A program made the position numbers and the translations under genes. A stretch of 64,000 bases of DNA from Haliotis cracherodii (Eukaryota). The stretch spans positions 11,780,001 to 11,844,000 of the forward strand of contig NW_027266267.1 in NCBI RefSeq assembly GCF_022045235.1. Reading direction: 5' to 3'. Shown here piece by piece: positions 12,349 through 26,700 of this stretch (its first letter is position 1; every line of letters begins with the position of its first letter). The notes under the pieces were generated by a model, which had not been told where the DNA came from, did no database searches, and was given only the letters and a program-made list of their open reading frames with translations.

Positions 12349-14800
12349 ATGGGTGTCATACTGTGGGGACATGTGTATGCAGCATTATCAGCACATTTCA
12401 TTTTCTTTGGGGCTTCGGACACCCTCACGAGGTCACCGTTTGGTATCAGGATGTGTCAAAGGCTGTGCTTGAACGTTGTAGGATGTTCCACGTACTTGTA
12501 TTCAAGTACTAAACATCTCTGTCGTCTGAAGGCTTCTGTAGATGACAAACCTTCCCCTGATGAAGTGGCTTATAATGTTAACATCACACAGGTAAGCAAC
12601 AATGTGTATTGTTATACCTCTCTTAAGAATATTTGAATTGCATTGGTTAATCTATCCCATGTGACTCAACAATACATTTCAATGCTGACATAACAATAGA
12701 AAACTGCGCCGAACAGCTTTGGTTAAATCACGATACTGACACTGACCTCAAATATGGACTCATCACGTAATCACTATTGCTCTTCAGTGATCTGAGGTCC
12801 GATCTGACAACCGTAGGGGTCGAGTACTCGGGGAATCATTATTTGCATAACACACTGACATTCTGGGTATTTTCATTTAACAGAAATATCATAGGCTAAT
12901 ATAATATTAAAAAAATATATGCTTATTTGGTATATATGATTTTTTGTCCCGGAAAAGGTAGGTTTTGCCATATATGCACTATATTTTGCGGACCCGTGAC
13001 GATCCGGTGTTGAATTGGTCTTGCACAAATCATGCTTGTTGTAAAATGCGACTATGCTTGTTGTAAGATCCAAGGGGATCTGGTGGTCAGGGTCGCTGCG
13101 TTGATCGATGCTCATGATGTCAATCACTGGGTTGTCTGGGGGAGAGAGAGAGGAGCGGGAGTCGAAACATGATCAAAGGTTTCTTGCGTGTCCAAGGAAC
13201 ACAACTCAGCGAGAAGCAACAAGGATTTTGAGAAAAAAGACACATATCAAAATGAATTTTATCTGTGGTCTCAAGTAAAAAATCCATAGCCGACTCAGAA
13301 CGACATTCTAAATATGGATCCTATGCCTAACAGACAAATACATAATAGTATAACTGTGTTTCACTTATTCTATGTTTAGGACAGAAACACGGGCATGTGT
13401 CCACACTTTGCGAAGGGTTTTTATGATCGAAAACACCACTGGCATTGTGAGACAATTCAAAAGGAAGGTAAACACTGTAGTTTGATAAACCCTTTAAATT
13501 CGGTCAGAAAACAATAAAGCATTTCGAACTTACATGCTAATAACAAAATTGCCAAACATGTTATCAACTAGATTACCAGGCAACTCTTCCATTTTTACAG
13601 CCGAATCACTGGCCATGTTAACATATATAGCATATATAATTTTGATTTAATTCTTGTTTTTCGAAAAGGAATTGATTGATATGTTTTGTATAAAATAAAG
13701 TACTTTTTGGTAATTGGTACAGTAAATGGGATAACTGAGAATTTTAATGGCTGTACCCGCGAAAGCGGTGTACAATGATTGTCCTTCGGAGAGGCGATGT
13801 AAGACCACATCATTCAAGAATGAAGAATATGTGCTATTATTAGTGTTTGGCGAAATCTGTCAATACTCGCCAACACCTGAAGGGCTGATGTAGATCCTTA
13901 ACATAGATATTAATGTATAATGTTTTCCAGTCACGATATGGATGCAATGTTGCCGATGTTACTATAATCGTTTACTCACACTCCAGACACATATCATGGT
14001 CTGCAAACATTTTATCATTCTGTTTTTCAGTTGATGCAATCAATGGAAAGCCGGAACTCTTCAACAATAAGACAAGACTTTTAGTTTATACAAAGCAAAA
14101 AATTGTTCAGGTTAATTTTCAAAACATGTCGGTTCGGAAGGAACCTTATCTGACCATACGGTTAATGGACGCCATGGCATATAATTCTCGTCTAAAAACA
14201 GTTCTTGTTGCAAAACAACATCAGATCCTATCATATCCTTTAGACATGGATGTTGGTACCGTTTTATTGACAGGAATTAACATCAGGGGGCTGACGGTAG
14301 ATGAAGGTAGACAGCTGATATTTGCTTCAACTCGAAATCGTACAGTGGTCGTGATGACAACAAAGGGCAAACAATTCCATGTTATTCTGCATAGGCAGCA
14401 TTTTAAACGGTTTCCTAGTTCCATAGCGGTAGATCCTGAGAGGAAAATGATGTATGTAAATTGTCAAAAGTATATTGTTTTCAGTACATATAGAGCAGAA
14501 AATGTGACAAAGTTGAAAGCTAAAAGTGTAGTTTTTTCTTTAAGCTACGACAACAAGAGACACGTCGTATACGCCCTAGACGGTCAGTCGGTCATGCGGA
14601 TTTCCAATTCGCTAAAATATGAAACAGTTATCAAGTTATCAAATCGACCATGCAGTGTGTCGTATCACAGTGACAGAATCTATGTAATCGGCGTTTCGGG
14701 TACGGATGTGTATGCCATGAAAGGAGAGGAAGTTTATCCTTATAAAAATATATCAATGGAACTTCGTTGTAGACGTTTAGTCGTTTGCTTGGTGTGGTAA
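12349..14800 (+). CDS. Probable secreted PAN/apple-domain + YWTD-like beta-propeller protein (~366 aa)
   Basis: Exons 12349-12591, 13380-13467, 14031-14800; GT-AG introns in phases 0 and 1 join in frame. PAN pattern CQRLC..GCSTYLYSSTKHLCRL; propeller blades (AMAYNSRLKTVLV, GLTVDEGRQLIF, SIAVDPERKMMY, SLSYDNKRHVVY). Start codon less certain. Confidence 0.78.
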
Positions 14801-15239
14801 TCTTGGTTCAAAATATGTGTGTACTCTCGATGTATGCCGTATTGCTACCAGACAAATTTCAGGTAAAACATATGTGTCACGGGTTGAGGAATGTTCAAGA
14901 ACTTCTGAGATGATATACTATGGAGACTTTCTCCAAATGAACACACATATATTATATTGCTATTGTTATATGCAGAAATAAAGATGTATTCTTATTTAAT
15001 GTTTCCTATATAATTGATAAAAAATATAGATGTGGGTAAGATATCAGATACCACGAGTGAGTTAGTTAGTGAGTTAAACTGCCTTGGTAGTGATTTCAGT
15101 GATATAAGTTGTCAGCGCAACTTAGAAGGAGAGCCGACAGTAGACAGATCTCACTGTCAGGTAGATCAAGACACATGAGTATGACACAGGATCATTATCT
15201 CTTTCCTGATACCCTATACACATACACTTCTTTCGTAAT

Positions 15240-16898
15240 TATACTCTGCAAAAAAGAAACACAACTAGGAAGTCGTAAATATCTGACAGAGCGTTGTCGA
15301 TAGCCATACACAATTAAAAACAGAAAAATTCAGCATGATTATGATTAATGTTTGTTGAGAATGAGAATGAGGTAGTGCAGAAAGTTGGTGAAAAGAAGAA
15401 AAAAAAACAACCATGTGAGAGCCTGGCACCCAAACACACTAACATGACATGCACGTGCAACATCACTGTTTGGGCTATAAAAACTTTGTGTTTACATTTG
15501 CATACCATCACAATCTTACAACAAGTGAACAGCGAAAACATGCCATGCCTGACGGAAGCCCAACGCATCAACGCAATACAGGTAAATGATATTCGGCCGT
15601 AGCCAGGTTTTTCAAAGAACCATTACAAGACTGTGAGATCGTTATCAGACACACGGGACAATCTGTGACATTCACAGATCCGGTCAACCACGTATCACTG
15701 CCATGGCACAGGACAGATTCATATGGCTACATAACTCATCTGAACAAAACACGTCGTCCATTTCTACAGATATAACCATACCAGGATTGTATAGGATATC
15801 AGCACAGATAGTGAGGAACCGTTTACGCGCAAAAGGTATTCGCTTTAGATGGCCATTTCGAAGTGTCATTTTTACGGACCTGCAACGTCGGCTGCGAAGT
15901 TGATGGGTTCAGGGCAACATGGTATGGCCACAGCAGCGAAGAAGGCAAGTTTGGTTTTGCGGTGAGTCATGATTTATACTTCGTCCTGTTTATAGACATC
16001 GAAGGGAACGTTATGCATGAAACTGCATAAAGGAAGTGGACAGATGTTTGGGTGTCAGCGTGATGATGTTGACAGCCATCTCCCACACTGGCAGAACAGA
16101 CTTGGTGCAAATTCTGGGGAACAATTACAATTCTCCTTCCCCTCATGCAACAAGCAAATGATGTTTTCCAACTCTAATGGCACGCCTGAACTCTGATGGC
16201 ACGACAACAGCCTTTTTAATGAACCACAATATCCATGTGCTGCCATGGCCCTCCGGGTTTGTTTGTTTGTTTGTTTGTTTGTTTGTTTAGCAATAATCGA
16301 ACTATACGAAGGCGGTCTGTAAATAATCGAGTCCGGACCAGACCATTCAATTATTGATGTCATCAGCATCTATCCGCGCAATTGAGATACGATGACATGC
16401 ATCAGCCAAGTCAGAGAGCCTGACCACCTGATCACATTAGTCACCTTTTATGACAATCATAGTTGCCTTTTACGGCAAGCGTGGTTTGCTGAAGACCGGG
16501 CCTCCAGATTTAAACCAAATCAAACATTTATGGGATGAACTTGGTCAACGTTTGAGACTACGTCAGCAACAACCACAGAACACACGCAGTTGCCGTTGCC
16601 GCAACAACTGCAGGAAGCATGGGTGAACATTCCCCAGGCTACAATCCACAGTCTGATTGTTTTTGTGGGATGACGATGCTTGTCAGTTTGGGAATCGAGT
16701 TGTGGCCATACAAGATATTGAGCACACATCACATTCATCTTGAAAATCTACTGTCCTACGAGTGCCACATAGAACCTTGGTCAATGAAAATGGAGTGTGC
16801 CAATTTCGAACAATCGATTACCATCTGTTCATTATTTATGTTATATAAATTAAACATGGAAAAATCATTTGTGCGGTGTTTGGGGGGGCAGAGTATAT
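15240..16898 (+). mobile_element. Decayed Tc1-like transposon (duplicate of 776-2568)
   Basis: Fragments such as ISAQIVRNRLRAKGIR; TA-flanked degenerate TIRs. Confidence 0.7.
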
Positions 16899-19454
16899 TT
16901 CAGTGACATCAGTAGATTGTAGACACATATCACTTTAAGGTAGAACCTAGAGGGCCATGGCAGCACAAGGATATTGTGGTCACAGAGGAGTACAGGATCC
17001 ACAAACTGGTCAGATTACCACCGCAAAGGGACCTGCCACACAACTGTCATCACCAGCCAGACTGCCAGAGATTCTAACTCTCATTTTTAACGTAATATGC
17101 ACTTGTGCCAGTAAACCTTTTTTTCTCAATGCCAACAAACCTACTGGAAATGTTAATTTCAACTGAGGATGGATTTGGAAGATTCACAGGCAGTGATAGG
17201 CGCCTTCGATTCAGCTTGTTATGACACGTGGTCTTTGTGTATACGATGCAAGATACAAAACATTCAGTAAGATTATGTGAAGGGACTTTGGCTCGTAATC
17301 GAAAAAGTAAGTTCATCATATTGGCTTGAGAGGAGCGTATAGTTTTAACGTGACACTGATCAATTCGTCCTGAAACGGTTTGACCGAAATCAAAATGTTT
17401 TATTACTTTTGTAAAAGGCATCGACATTCTATCTTCTTTGTCTATTTTATTCAGTTCGAGGAACTCGTACCTTTCTTCCCTCGTCTCCTGCTATAGAAAT
17501 TTATATGTCATTCATATTTTATTTTTCGTAATGCATTGTAAGTATTGTCCAGAAAATGTTAGAATTCAATACTACTGCATGGTGACGATAAATCCAAGAT
17601 GTAGATAGATCTAAATTGCTGTCATGTATACACTATATAAACTTAGGGGTTATCCAGTGTTGCTTGTGTGTACTGTGTCTCGGGCTACTTCACTTCTCAT
17701 GTTTCCTTACTGTAACAAAACCAGCATCTCTTTACTACATCTCGACCTCTGCGATCTTTTCACATTTGTTTCTATTGTGATGTGTTTTTTTCGTGTCAGA
17801 TGAATATTCAGTCTAGATTGCCGTGCAGTAGCGTAGCGTTCATTTAGCTTCGTCACAAAGAGTAGAGTAGATATCAGATGTAGTTACACTGGAGTGGAGA
17901 AGCCTGTTCTGTACACACAAGGGTAGTCAACTCATCAAAGACCCCAATCAGTCATAATCCTGCTGTTTATATTAGTGACTTCATCCTTTGTTAATGTCAC
18001 TGATGATTATCATTACACGAGAGCGGTCAAGCTATTGCTGTCCCGAACCGATACTGTAAGTTAAAAAACAATAACTGACCAAATGATATTGCCGCAAAAA
18101 CTTCATTCTAATGCAAAAATTTGTGTTTTATTTCAAATTAAACGTTATTTAGAATACTTACATGTAGCAGAATTAGATCGTCAAATGAAAGCTCGCAATC
18201 ACGCATTTCGTGTTTTGATGCATGGAATTATTTCCTGTGGCTTTTTAAAGAATTTGCGACAAGACGTTATTGGGATCATACCCGACACATGTTCCGACGG
18301 GAAGACGCTTATATCTCCAGCTGAAGTTCTGTAAGCTTCCTCTTTCACAGTGCACTCTTAATGTCTTAATCATCCTGTTTTTATTCACACTTTAGAATTA
18401 ATGATTTATTTTCATCTACTACTTTAGTCAGTAAACAATAAGTACATAACCTGTTCAATTGATTGTTAAACATCGAAGCAAAAGTACGAATGACCCTTCA
18501 TCCAGAGGTACATTCTTTTAAATAATGTTGATTTGTATGTCTCCGATTTACTGACATGTTTGTGTTTTCCAATTCCTGCATACCTAACATATAGTTCACT
18601 AACTCACCATTGTATCACAGTATTGTGTACTCTCTGCAACATTTCTTCAGTGTAGCCACATGGCAGTGTAACAATGCTTAATTGTATGACATCATTGTTG
18701 TCACGAATGAGAAGGGTTGGCAACACAACTCTTGATTAAATGCTGCATTTCCATGTGTCCTAAGGCGTATTTCAATGTCAGCATAAAGTTAATGAGAAAA
18801 GGGGGAAATATCGAAGGACCTTTTTTCAAGTTTCCCTTATATTATATTTGTGTTATGTTTCATATAAATTCATACTTGCGTTCGTCCTAAAGTTAGCCTT
18901 TATATTATGTTTCATATCTAAAATAAATCAACAATAGCAAAATCAAAACTGTACCTGCCGCAACACTCAGACAACACAAACAAACTTTTATTCATATAAG
19001 AGGCAATTCCCATTGCAACGATGCCAATAGTACAATGTTTATTCAACACACGCACAAAGGCTTAGTGAATGCCATTTGTTCTATGCTTCAAAACGTTCTC
19101 TATAAACAGAGATACATTTTACAAGATATTTTCCTCGTTTGAAGTACATAAATTTACAAATGTTCAATGATTTGGACAAATATAATAACAGAGTGGAACA
19201 TATTTAACTTTAACATTCAAACATTAAATGTACATAAATGAGAGACTTTTGTCCAGTCCTATTGTGTTTTGTCACGAATATGTTCAAACGAAGTTGGTCA
19301 CGAATGTAAAACAAGACAGCAACAGGTCTGAATAACCACCACAATCTTCTTTTTGTTTTACATGCGAAAGTTGTGTGTTTCATTGCAGAGTTGTAACATA
19401 TAGGAAACAGTCTTCTGGGAAGCATAATTTAGAGAGAAAGGCAGATCATCTAAA

Positions 19455-20681
19455 TTAAGAACAACTTGAGTTCTCAAAGGTCGGATTTTCTATTCCATTA
19501 ATGCTTCTGTTGGAACATTGCTCATCATCGGTCACTTTACCTCTAAGACGGCGTTTCCTGAAGCAGAGTAATGAATCGTAATATAATTGTATATTTGTTG
19601 GTTAACGACTAACACAGCTACATTCAAACTATGTGACGGTCAGAGAGTCCAGTGATTAACACCGTGAGCGTTTATTTTACACTGTGGAACGATGACATAC
19701 AATCAAACCTTATCAGCATGCCTGACCACCCGATCCGTTCAGTTACCTCAACCTGGTCACTAAAGCGTGAAAACGGTGTTGGAAAAGTGTAAATGTTTAA
19801 CACATCATTACTGACCTTGCTGATATACATTAAATCGTGAATGTATGCGAGTACGAATTAATATGAACAACATGCAACGTTGCACTTGTAACTTGACATA
19901 TCAGAGTATACTGCTATATATATTTATTACTTGCCCGTGAAGAGATCACCCGTTTAATAAACATACAGCTGTATTACACATTGTGTAATACCAAAACGCG
20001 TACTTATGTACTCTCGGAACACGTTTCACGAAAAATATTGAAAGCTCTCAACATCCCTTGGCTTATTCAACGACATTGCGTGTGGAGATGATAGATCACT
20101 GAGAGGAGCTTAAGCACACTCGATGACCACAGCAACCTTGTTGCTAGGCTGACGTCACATGGCATTGTTTCGCCGAAGGATCTTGCAACAAAATCCCACA
20201 AATTACGTCATCGGGTATTGTGACGTGATTGTAAACTTTGAGGTGCAAGGCCCCGTTCTACAAGGCGATCGTGCTGTAGCGCAACGACAGTCGTTGGTCT
20301 AAGTTTAAGTATGTGAGTTGCGATAACCTTAACGATACGATAATTTTGTGGAACGGACGCCTGAATTCTAAAGGTAGACCGTTGTATGGTATTAAATTCA
20401 TACGTTTCAACTTTTGACGTGTTTGAAGTATTATTCTGTTAAACTCAATTGTATTATGCCGTGGATCGTGTAGGTGTCAGCCTATTTACACTCGACAGTA
20501 TAATTCTAAAAAAGTTTTAAAAGGCAAGTAATAAATAAAATACTAAACTCGCTACCGTGTAAAACCAATTTTATGAAACTCGTGAATAGTTGTGGTATCT
20601 GACTCGCTTTCGCTCGTCAAATACCACAACTATTCACTCGTTTCATAAAATTGGTATTACACGGGAGCTCGTTTAGTATTC

Positions 20682-20717
<36 letters not shown>

Positions 20718-23700
20718 AATACATATATTTTGCATATGTATAACGAAGGTCATAAGTGGGTTCATCTTGTTTACACACGTTGATCAAGCTGTTATGACAG
20801 TTACCAACCGTGTATGATGGCGTCTTTTTAGGCAATCAAACCACTGCTCATCCAGGTTGCGAACATGTACAGCCTAGCAACAACATTAAACAGTGGTATC
20901 TTCCAACAATGTAAGTAGTGTTACGTTTCATCTCTTCTGTGGCATTAATGGCCAATCATTGACACGGTGGTAAGCTTATCAAAATATGTACCACTCTGAC
21001 ATGTCCATTTGGAAGATGGGACTGCAGGTGTTTGTCTTTCTGATCCGTCCAAAGTATTGAATATGGATTTAGGTGGTAATATCAAATACAAATAAAAACA
21101 TCAAATAGCAAAATGTTGCCTGTGTCAGCATGCATAATTTAATACCTTCCTGTACTCAACACACGACATCATAAGCGGTGTCAAGCATAGGCTTAAAGGT
21201 CGTTAACCGCTATTAGATCAAAGGAAGATACATCTATGGCCCAAAGTACCGAGTATCACTAGTTTTTCCTGGGGCGGTATTTCAGTGAGTGAGTGAGTAT
21301 GGTTTTACGCCAATTTTAGCAGTATTCCAGCAATATCACGGCGGGAGACACCAGAAATGGGCTTCACACATTGTACCCATGCTGGGAATCGAACCCGGGT
21401 CTTCGGCGTGACGAGCAAACGCTTTAACCACTAGGCTACCCGACCGCTACGGTATTTCAAAACAATGGACATACTGCAAAACCTTTAAGCAGTCCTAAGT
21501 TAGAAACAGGAATTTATGATTTGTGATCAAATGTATATTTTTAATAGATATAGATTCATTAAAATTTGTTCATTTTCATTCATCAATGGCCAGTCTTTGT
21601 AGAGGACTATATATATATGGTCTTGGTAAATCATACGGTATTTCATTAACCATGGAGACGTTGACCTACACCTTTACTTAACACTGAAAACGTTAAGACT
21701 AGATCAGCCTTAAACCACTATACACAGAACCCGCCCTGAAAGCGGAAGGGCCGTGGTTCGATGCCCGGCCGCGCCATACCCACAAACGTTTAAAGAAAGT
21801 ACTTGTTGTTACCCTGTCTGGCGTTAGGCATTAAGGGGCTAGAATAAAGACTGGTCGGCTCGGTGTCGCTAGGCTGTGTCTGAGTGGGGTATTCATGTTA
21901 AAAAGTGGCATGGTGTATCAGTAGGCAAGCGCTATAAAACCGACATTAGTCCGGGCTAGTACAAGCAGCCACACACCCAAACATGCATACACGTCGCAAT
22001 ATAAGGACAATACGTTTGGACGCGAAGTTAAACCCCATTTCACCTCACCACGGTACACGATGGGCAGAGTAGTATGCACAGTTTGAAACACGGTTAGACT
22101 TTTAAAGATTATTTAGATTTAAGCAATTAATTCGTTTGAATATCAGAGACAGACACAGAAGGGACCGAGTGTACGTACACGTGGAGATGAAGAAGTATTG
22201 CCCCGACGATGATCAACACAATTATTATAATACCAGTCACTGCCCCCGCCACCACTGGAGTTGATGTGTCAGGTGCTACACCTGAAATGATGTCAACAGA
22301 TTCATAGACTCATTGTAAACATAACACGCCTGCACTAGGTGTTTGTTTGTTTCTTTGTTTAATGTTCAGCAATATTCCAGCTATAAGCTGGCAGTCTGTA
22401 CATACTAGCACATGCTTCAATGTAAGATACTTGCATCAACATAAAGAAGAATAGTTTCGATGTAAAGGCATTAAAGCCTACATCAAAAGCAGGATTAACA
22501 GCGGTGAGATAGCTGTGGTTAGTATTCGTGAGACTTGCCCCTCACAATGAAACTTTGCAACACTTATATCAAACAAAGAGTATTTCCCTATGTAACTAAT
22601 GTTATATTTGGGATAACACTTTCTTAGTAAAGTACAGATTCTAGTACTTTTTTGGGTTGACTATGTTAAGGGCTGACCACAAGACGCTCTCATTATCCTG
22701 GGTGGGACAGGCAGGTCGGTCGAATGAGTGACTATGTTAAGGGCTGACCATAAGCGTGAACTTGGTGCCAGGTTTCTCAAAGTGTTACCTGCTTTGGCTG
22801 AAAACAGACACACCAGCGGGTTGCCATAGGGATTCCATTGCCCGGTACCGCTGCAGGTCAGTGTGATGGTCGACAGTGCGTGGTATCCTTCATCACAGGT
22901 CAGTGTGCAGCGAGTGCCGGGTATAAGGTTGGATCCGACGCAGAGACTTGGGAGAATATTGCCATGACTTGGATTTACCAGGGAATGACACGAATTATCT
23001 GTAAAGGAGACCTTTGGTTATGTTTTGATCAACTAATTCATTTACAACGCATCTCGAAAGATAGGAAGTTTTAGACTCTGGAAAGCCTGGCCCCGATTGT
23101 TCGAAAAAAAAGTCAGTTTTTTTACTTTGAGAAATCGGAGCCTGGTGATATATGTGTTTTGTACGAAAAAGGTCCAGCTCGTCTCTTGTAAATGAAGAGT
23201 TACAAGACACATGGCCATATTATTTGCCAACCCTAGTGAGCCGTCGTTCGTTTGCGTCACAGGTGACTTTAGTATCACCAATTTACATTATATTATATAT
23301 ATTGGTTTCTGAGTGAGTGAGTGAGTGAGTGAGTTGGGTTTAACGCCGCTTTTAACAGTATTCCAGTTATATCGCAGTTTGTCAGCTTAATGTGGGAGGA
23401 AAGCCCGAAGTGATGCAGGTCTCAGACGTTTGCCTCTTCGGTGAAACCCACGAGCACGGGTATGGTGCTGACAAACCTAGAAACATAATCGGGGCGAACC
23501 GGGATGCGAACCCACTGTCATAAGTTTCTGGCGTGCCCAAGGGACGCAACTCTGCACAGCGAATGGTGGCACTTAAGCAGACTGGGCCACCCGTGCCCCC
23601 TTCCCTCAATAAACCGTGTTTGTTTATATTCAAGTTGGTATTTCCGTTGTCTGAACAGTGCACTGAGGCCATCATATTGTCATTTTGGGACATAAATGCA

Positions 23701-26700
23701 GGGTTTCATTAAGGCGAAAAAAGACCACTCCCATTTTTCGCATTTAAGTCGCGTATCTATGTATCATATTATCTAGTATTGTTTATATATTAAAACAGCT
23801 AACTATACACATAAATCTGCCAGGTTTAATACATAAACCATATCTGTGTTTTAGTATGCATGTGTGTGGGAAGTATGAGCATTCATAATGATTGCGATAA
23901 GGCGACAAAAACCTACGACGTGTTACAATGCTTGTGTCATTTGCTTTGGCGCAAACAAGCTGTTGTCCTGACCAGCTGCCTTCTTCGCAACGCCTGATCG
24001 TCGTACCACTGACAGGCGTGTAGCCATCTTGACACGCCTGCTCACAAAGCTCCTGATAACTGTAGGGCGTTTCACAACTCAGCAATCTGCCGTTGATTGG
24101 AGTTTCTGGTGCCGGGCAGATGATAGCTGTGAGAAGTTATTTCCATGTCAATGAAGTATATAATTTAGAGGAAAGTACTCCAAGTCTCGGACTAGATATT
24201 GTGTGGGAGACAAACAGGCTTCAAATCTTTATATCATGTTAGGACATTATGCATAATGAATTTTATCATTTTTTTATGACAGTAAGCAACAAGTGGTGTA
24301 CGAATTACTAACGAAAAACTTGACTTTTATCAGAAATACTTGTATGAACAAAACATAAACGATTCAATGAAACTGATGCTATAGAGAATCTCAACACAAG
24401 AGAACACAAGTTTATAAAAGCGCCGAGGAGTTTTCCACTTTTATCAACGAGTGTTGATATATCTGATATCAAAAGACACAAGGGTGAGATTTTATTTATC
24501 AAACATCATTCTTCAAACTTTTTCAGTTTGTAGACAGTAATCAGCTGTGTCTTAAGTGTAAAAAGTACTGCTAACAGCTGCAGTAGAAGATCCATTAGTG
24601 GTGCTATTTGATTGTGACGTCATGGTAACCAATGACGTCACAATGGTCTGCAAAGTATTGTGATGCAATTTCATCACATCGATATCTAAAATGTAGTTTT
24701 TGCTTGATCTCACCCAAGCGATACCTCTTGTGGGAGCCTGTTTGGGATGATAAATTATCTTCAATATATGTATGAGATAAGTGAATCGCCTTTTACCATC
24801 ATCAGAACAACATCTTCGTTATATTGCAACATACGTGCTGAGAAATAGTCTCAGTAGGTTTTTTTAGGATTTCAAGACATTTTATTTTTCAGAATATTTC
24901 ATTGATTCTCCCATTAATAACGTCACGGACCTACACACGTGGTTGGTGTACCAGTTGTCCAGTGAGCTTCCCCAGCAGTACTGATGTCACATGTTATGTC
25001 ACGTGGACCAGACAGAGTGTAGCCTAGGCGACAGTTAATGTGACAAGTAGACCCATAGAAAGACCGACAGCTGGTTGAATCGATATATCCATTTGGAGGA
25101 GGGCTGAGGTCGGCGCATGTCAACACTGCAAACAAAACACACGGAAAAATGTTCGTCAGTGTAACATCATTCAATGGGACCTTTTTGTTATGTGATGTAG
25201 GGGAACATTATGAAACCGTGTTTGACCATATGAGTGAGGGGCGGTCGTGAAGCTGAAGACCTGGTACAATATTGTCAAGCCCATCCGGTGTCCCACGCCG
25301 TGATATTGTTGAAATATATTGGTAAAAGCGGCATGAAACCATATTCACTCTCTCACCCCTTTCCCAATAGTGGGTGGCAGGCTACGAACACCTGTGTTAT
25401 TTACCTCTCACTGGTGACCTTGAAGAAAAGCATCCTTGTATTACACTATATATCCACTGCTCTCATCTGTGAGTGAGTGAGTATGGTTGTACGCCGTTTT
25501 TAACACTATTACAGCAATATCACAGTGGGTGACACCGGAAAATGGGCTTCACACGTTGTACCCTTGTTGGAAATCGAACCCGGGTCTTCGGCGTGACGAG
25601 CCAGCGTTTTATCGAATAGGCTACCCCACCGCCCCGCTCTCACCTGTGACTGATATTTTGAAGACACAAGTAGTGGTAATGCCGGATATGTCCGCTGCGC
25701 CCACTGTAACAGTGTATATTCCCTCGGCTAGGTTAAGTGGTGCCGTCAGACTCTGATATATGGTCACTGCCTCGCCAGTGTTATCGGATGCTGTGGGTTG
25801 TGTCCAGTTGACTATTGCTGTTTCATGTCCTTTAGGTGCTTTCACATCTAGATTATCTGGACAGGTGATGTTGGGACCTTGTGTGTCTGATAACAACAAC
25901 GCGCCATGTCATGTGGAACTTGTTGATGCAATTTACTGTTGGCGAAATGATATCATGTAAATATGCAGAAAAGTTAAATTAATAACTTTAAACAAGCATC
26001 AAGTATTTAAATACAAGTGGTATATCTTCAGTGAGAACTCTCATATCGGGATACCCGGCTAAAGAAGTCCGATAAGAGCCGTAAGTGTGCCTAATAACAA
26101 TACCTTACACTCTGACACTCAAATTGTTGAACACATCTATCATATATCGCTGAATATCAAACTATTTCAAACATCTACTTCTGACACTTAAATACTTAAT
26201 CACATTTATCTCCGACTAACAAAGCATTGATCACTTCTAATTTTTGATGCTCAAAATTTGAAGATATTTATATCTGGTGCTCCATTTATTGAACACATCT
26301 CTTCCTGAGACAATCAAACTTTTGAACACTTTTATCTCTGATGCTTAAAATATTAGACCCATCAACATACATGGACGCTCTATCTGACACCAGTGGCTAT
26401 TGAATGTCCATTTGAGTGTCTTACCCTGACATAACAGCGGAGCTCCCATCAACAAACATGAACGCTCTATCTGACACCAGTGGCTAGTGTATGTCCATTT
26501 GAGTGTCTTACCCTGACATAACAGCGGAGCTCCCAAGTTGTCCCACTGCCCATTGCTCATGCACTGTAGGTTTGTCTGGCCAAGAAGAGAGAAGCCTGGC
26601 GCGCAGGTGACCGTGCAGTACGTCCCAGCCGTAGCCTCCAACTCTGTACAGTTGTGTGGGGATACGGAGCCATACTTCGGAGAAAACAGTGCCGGACATG

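Larger units (their letters stand above)
14469..22750. repeat. Segmental/tandem duplicate of 1-~8930 (offset ~14.4 kb, shrinking with indels)
   Basis: Long collinear high identity, interrupted by copy-specific insertions; similarity ends at ~8931/22750. Confidence 0.95.

Noticed and set aside
13913-14030. ORF-track N-terminus of the 295-aa propeller ORF
   Set aside because: Probably intron: a strong acceptor at 14030 and in-phase upstream exons explain the gene better.
24552-24764. Ser/Thr-rich candidate exon between CCP exons
   Set aside because: The apparent acceptor is phase 0, incompatible with the flanking phase-1 exons.
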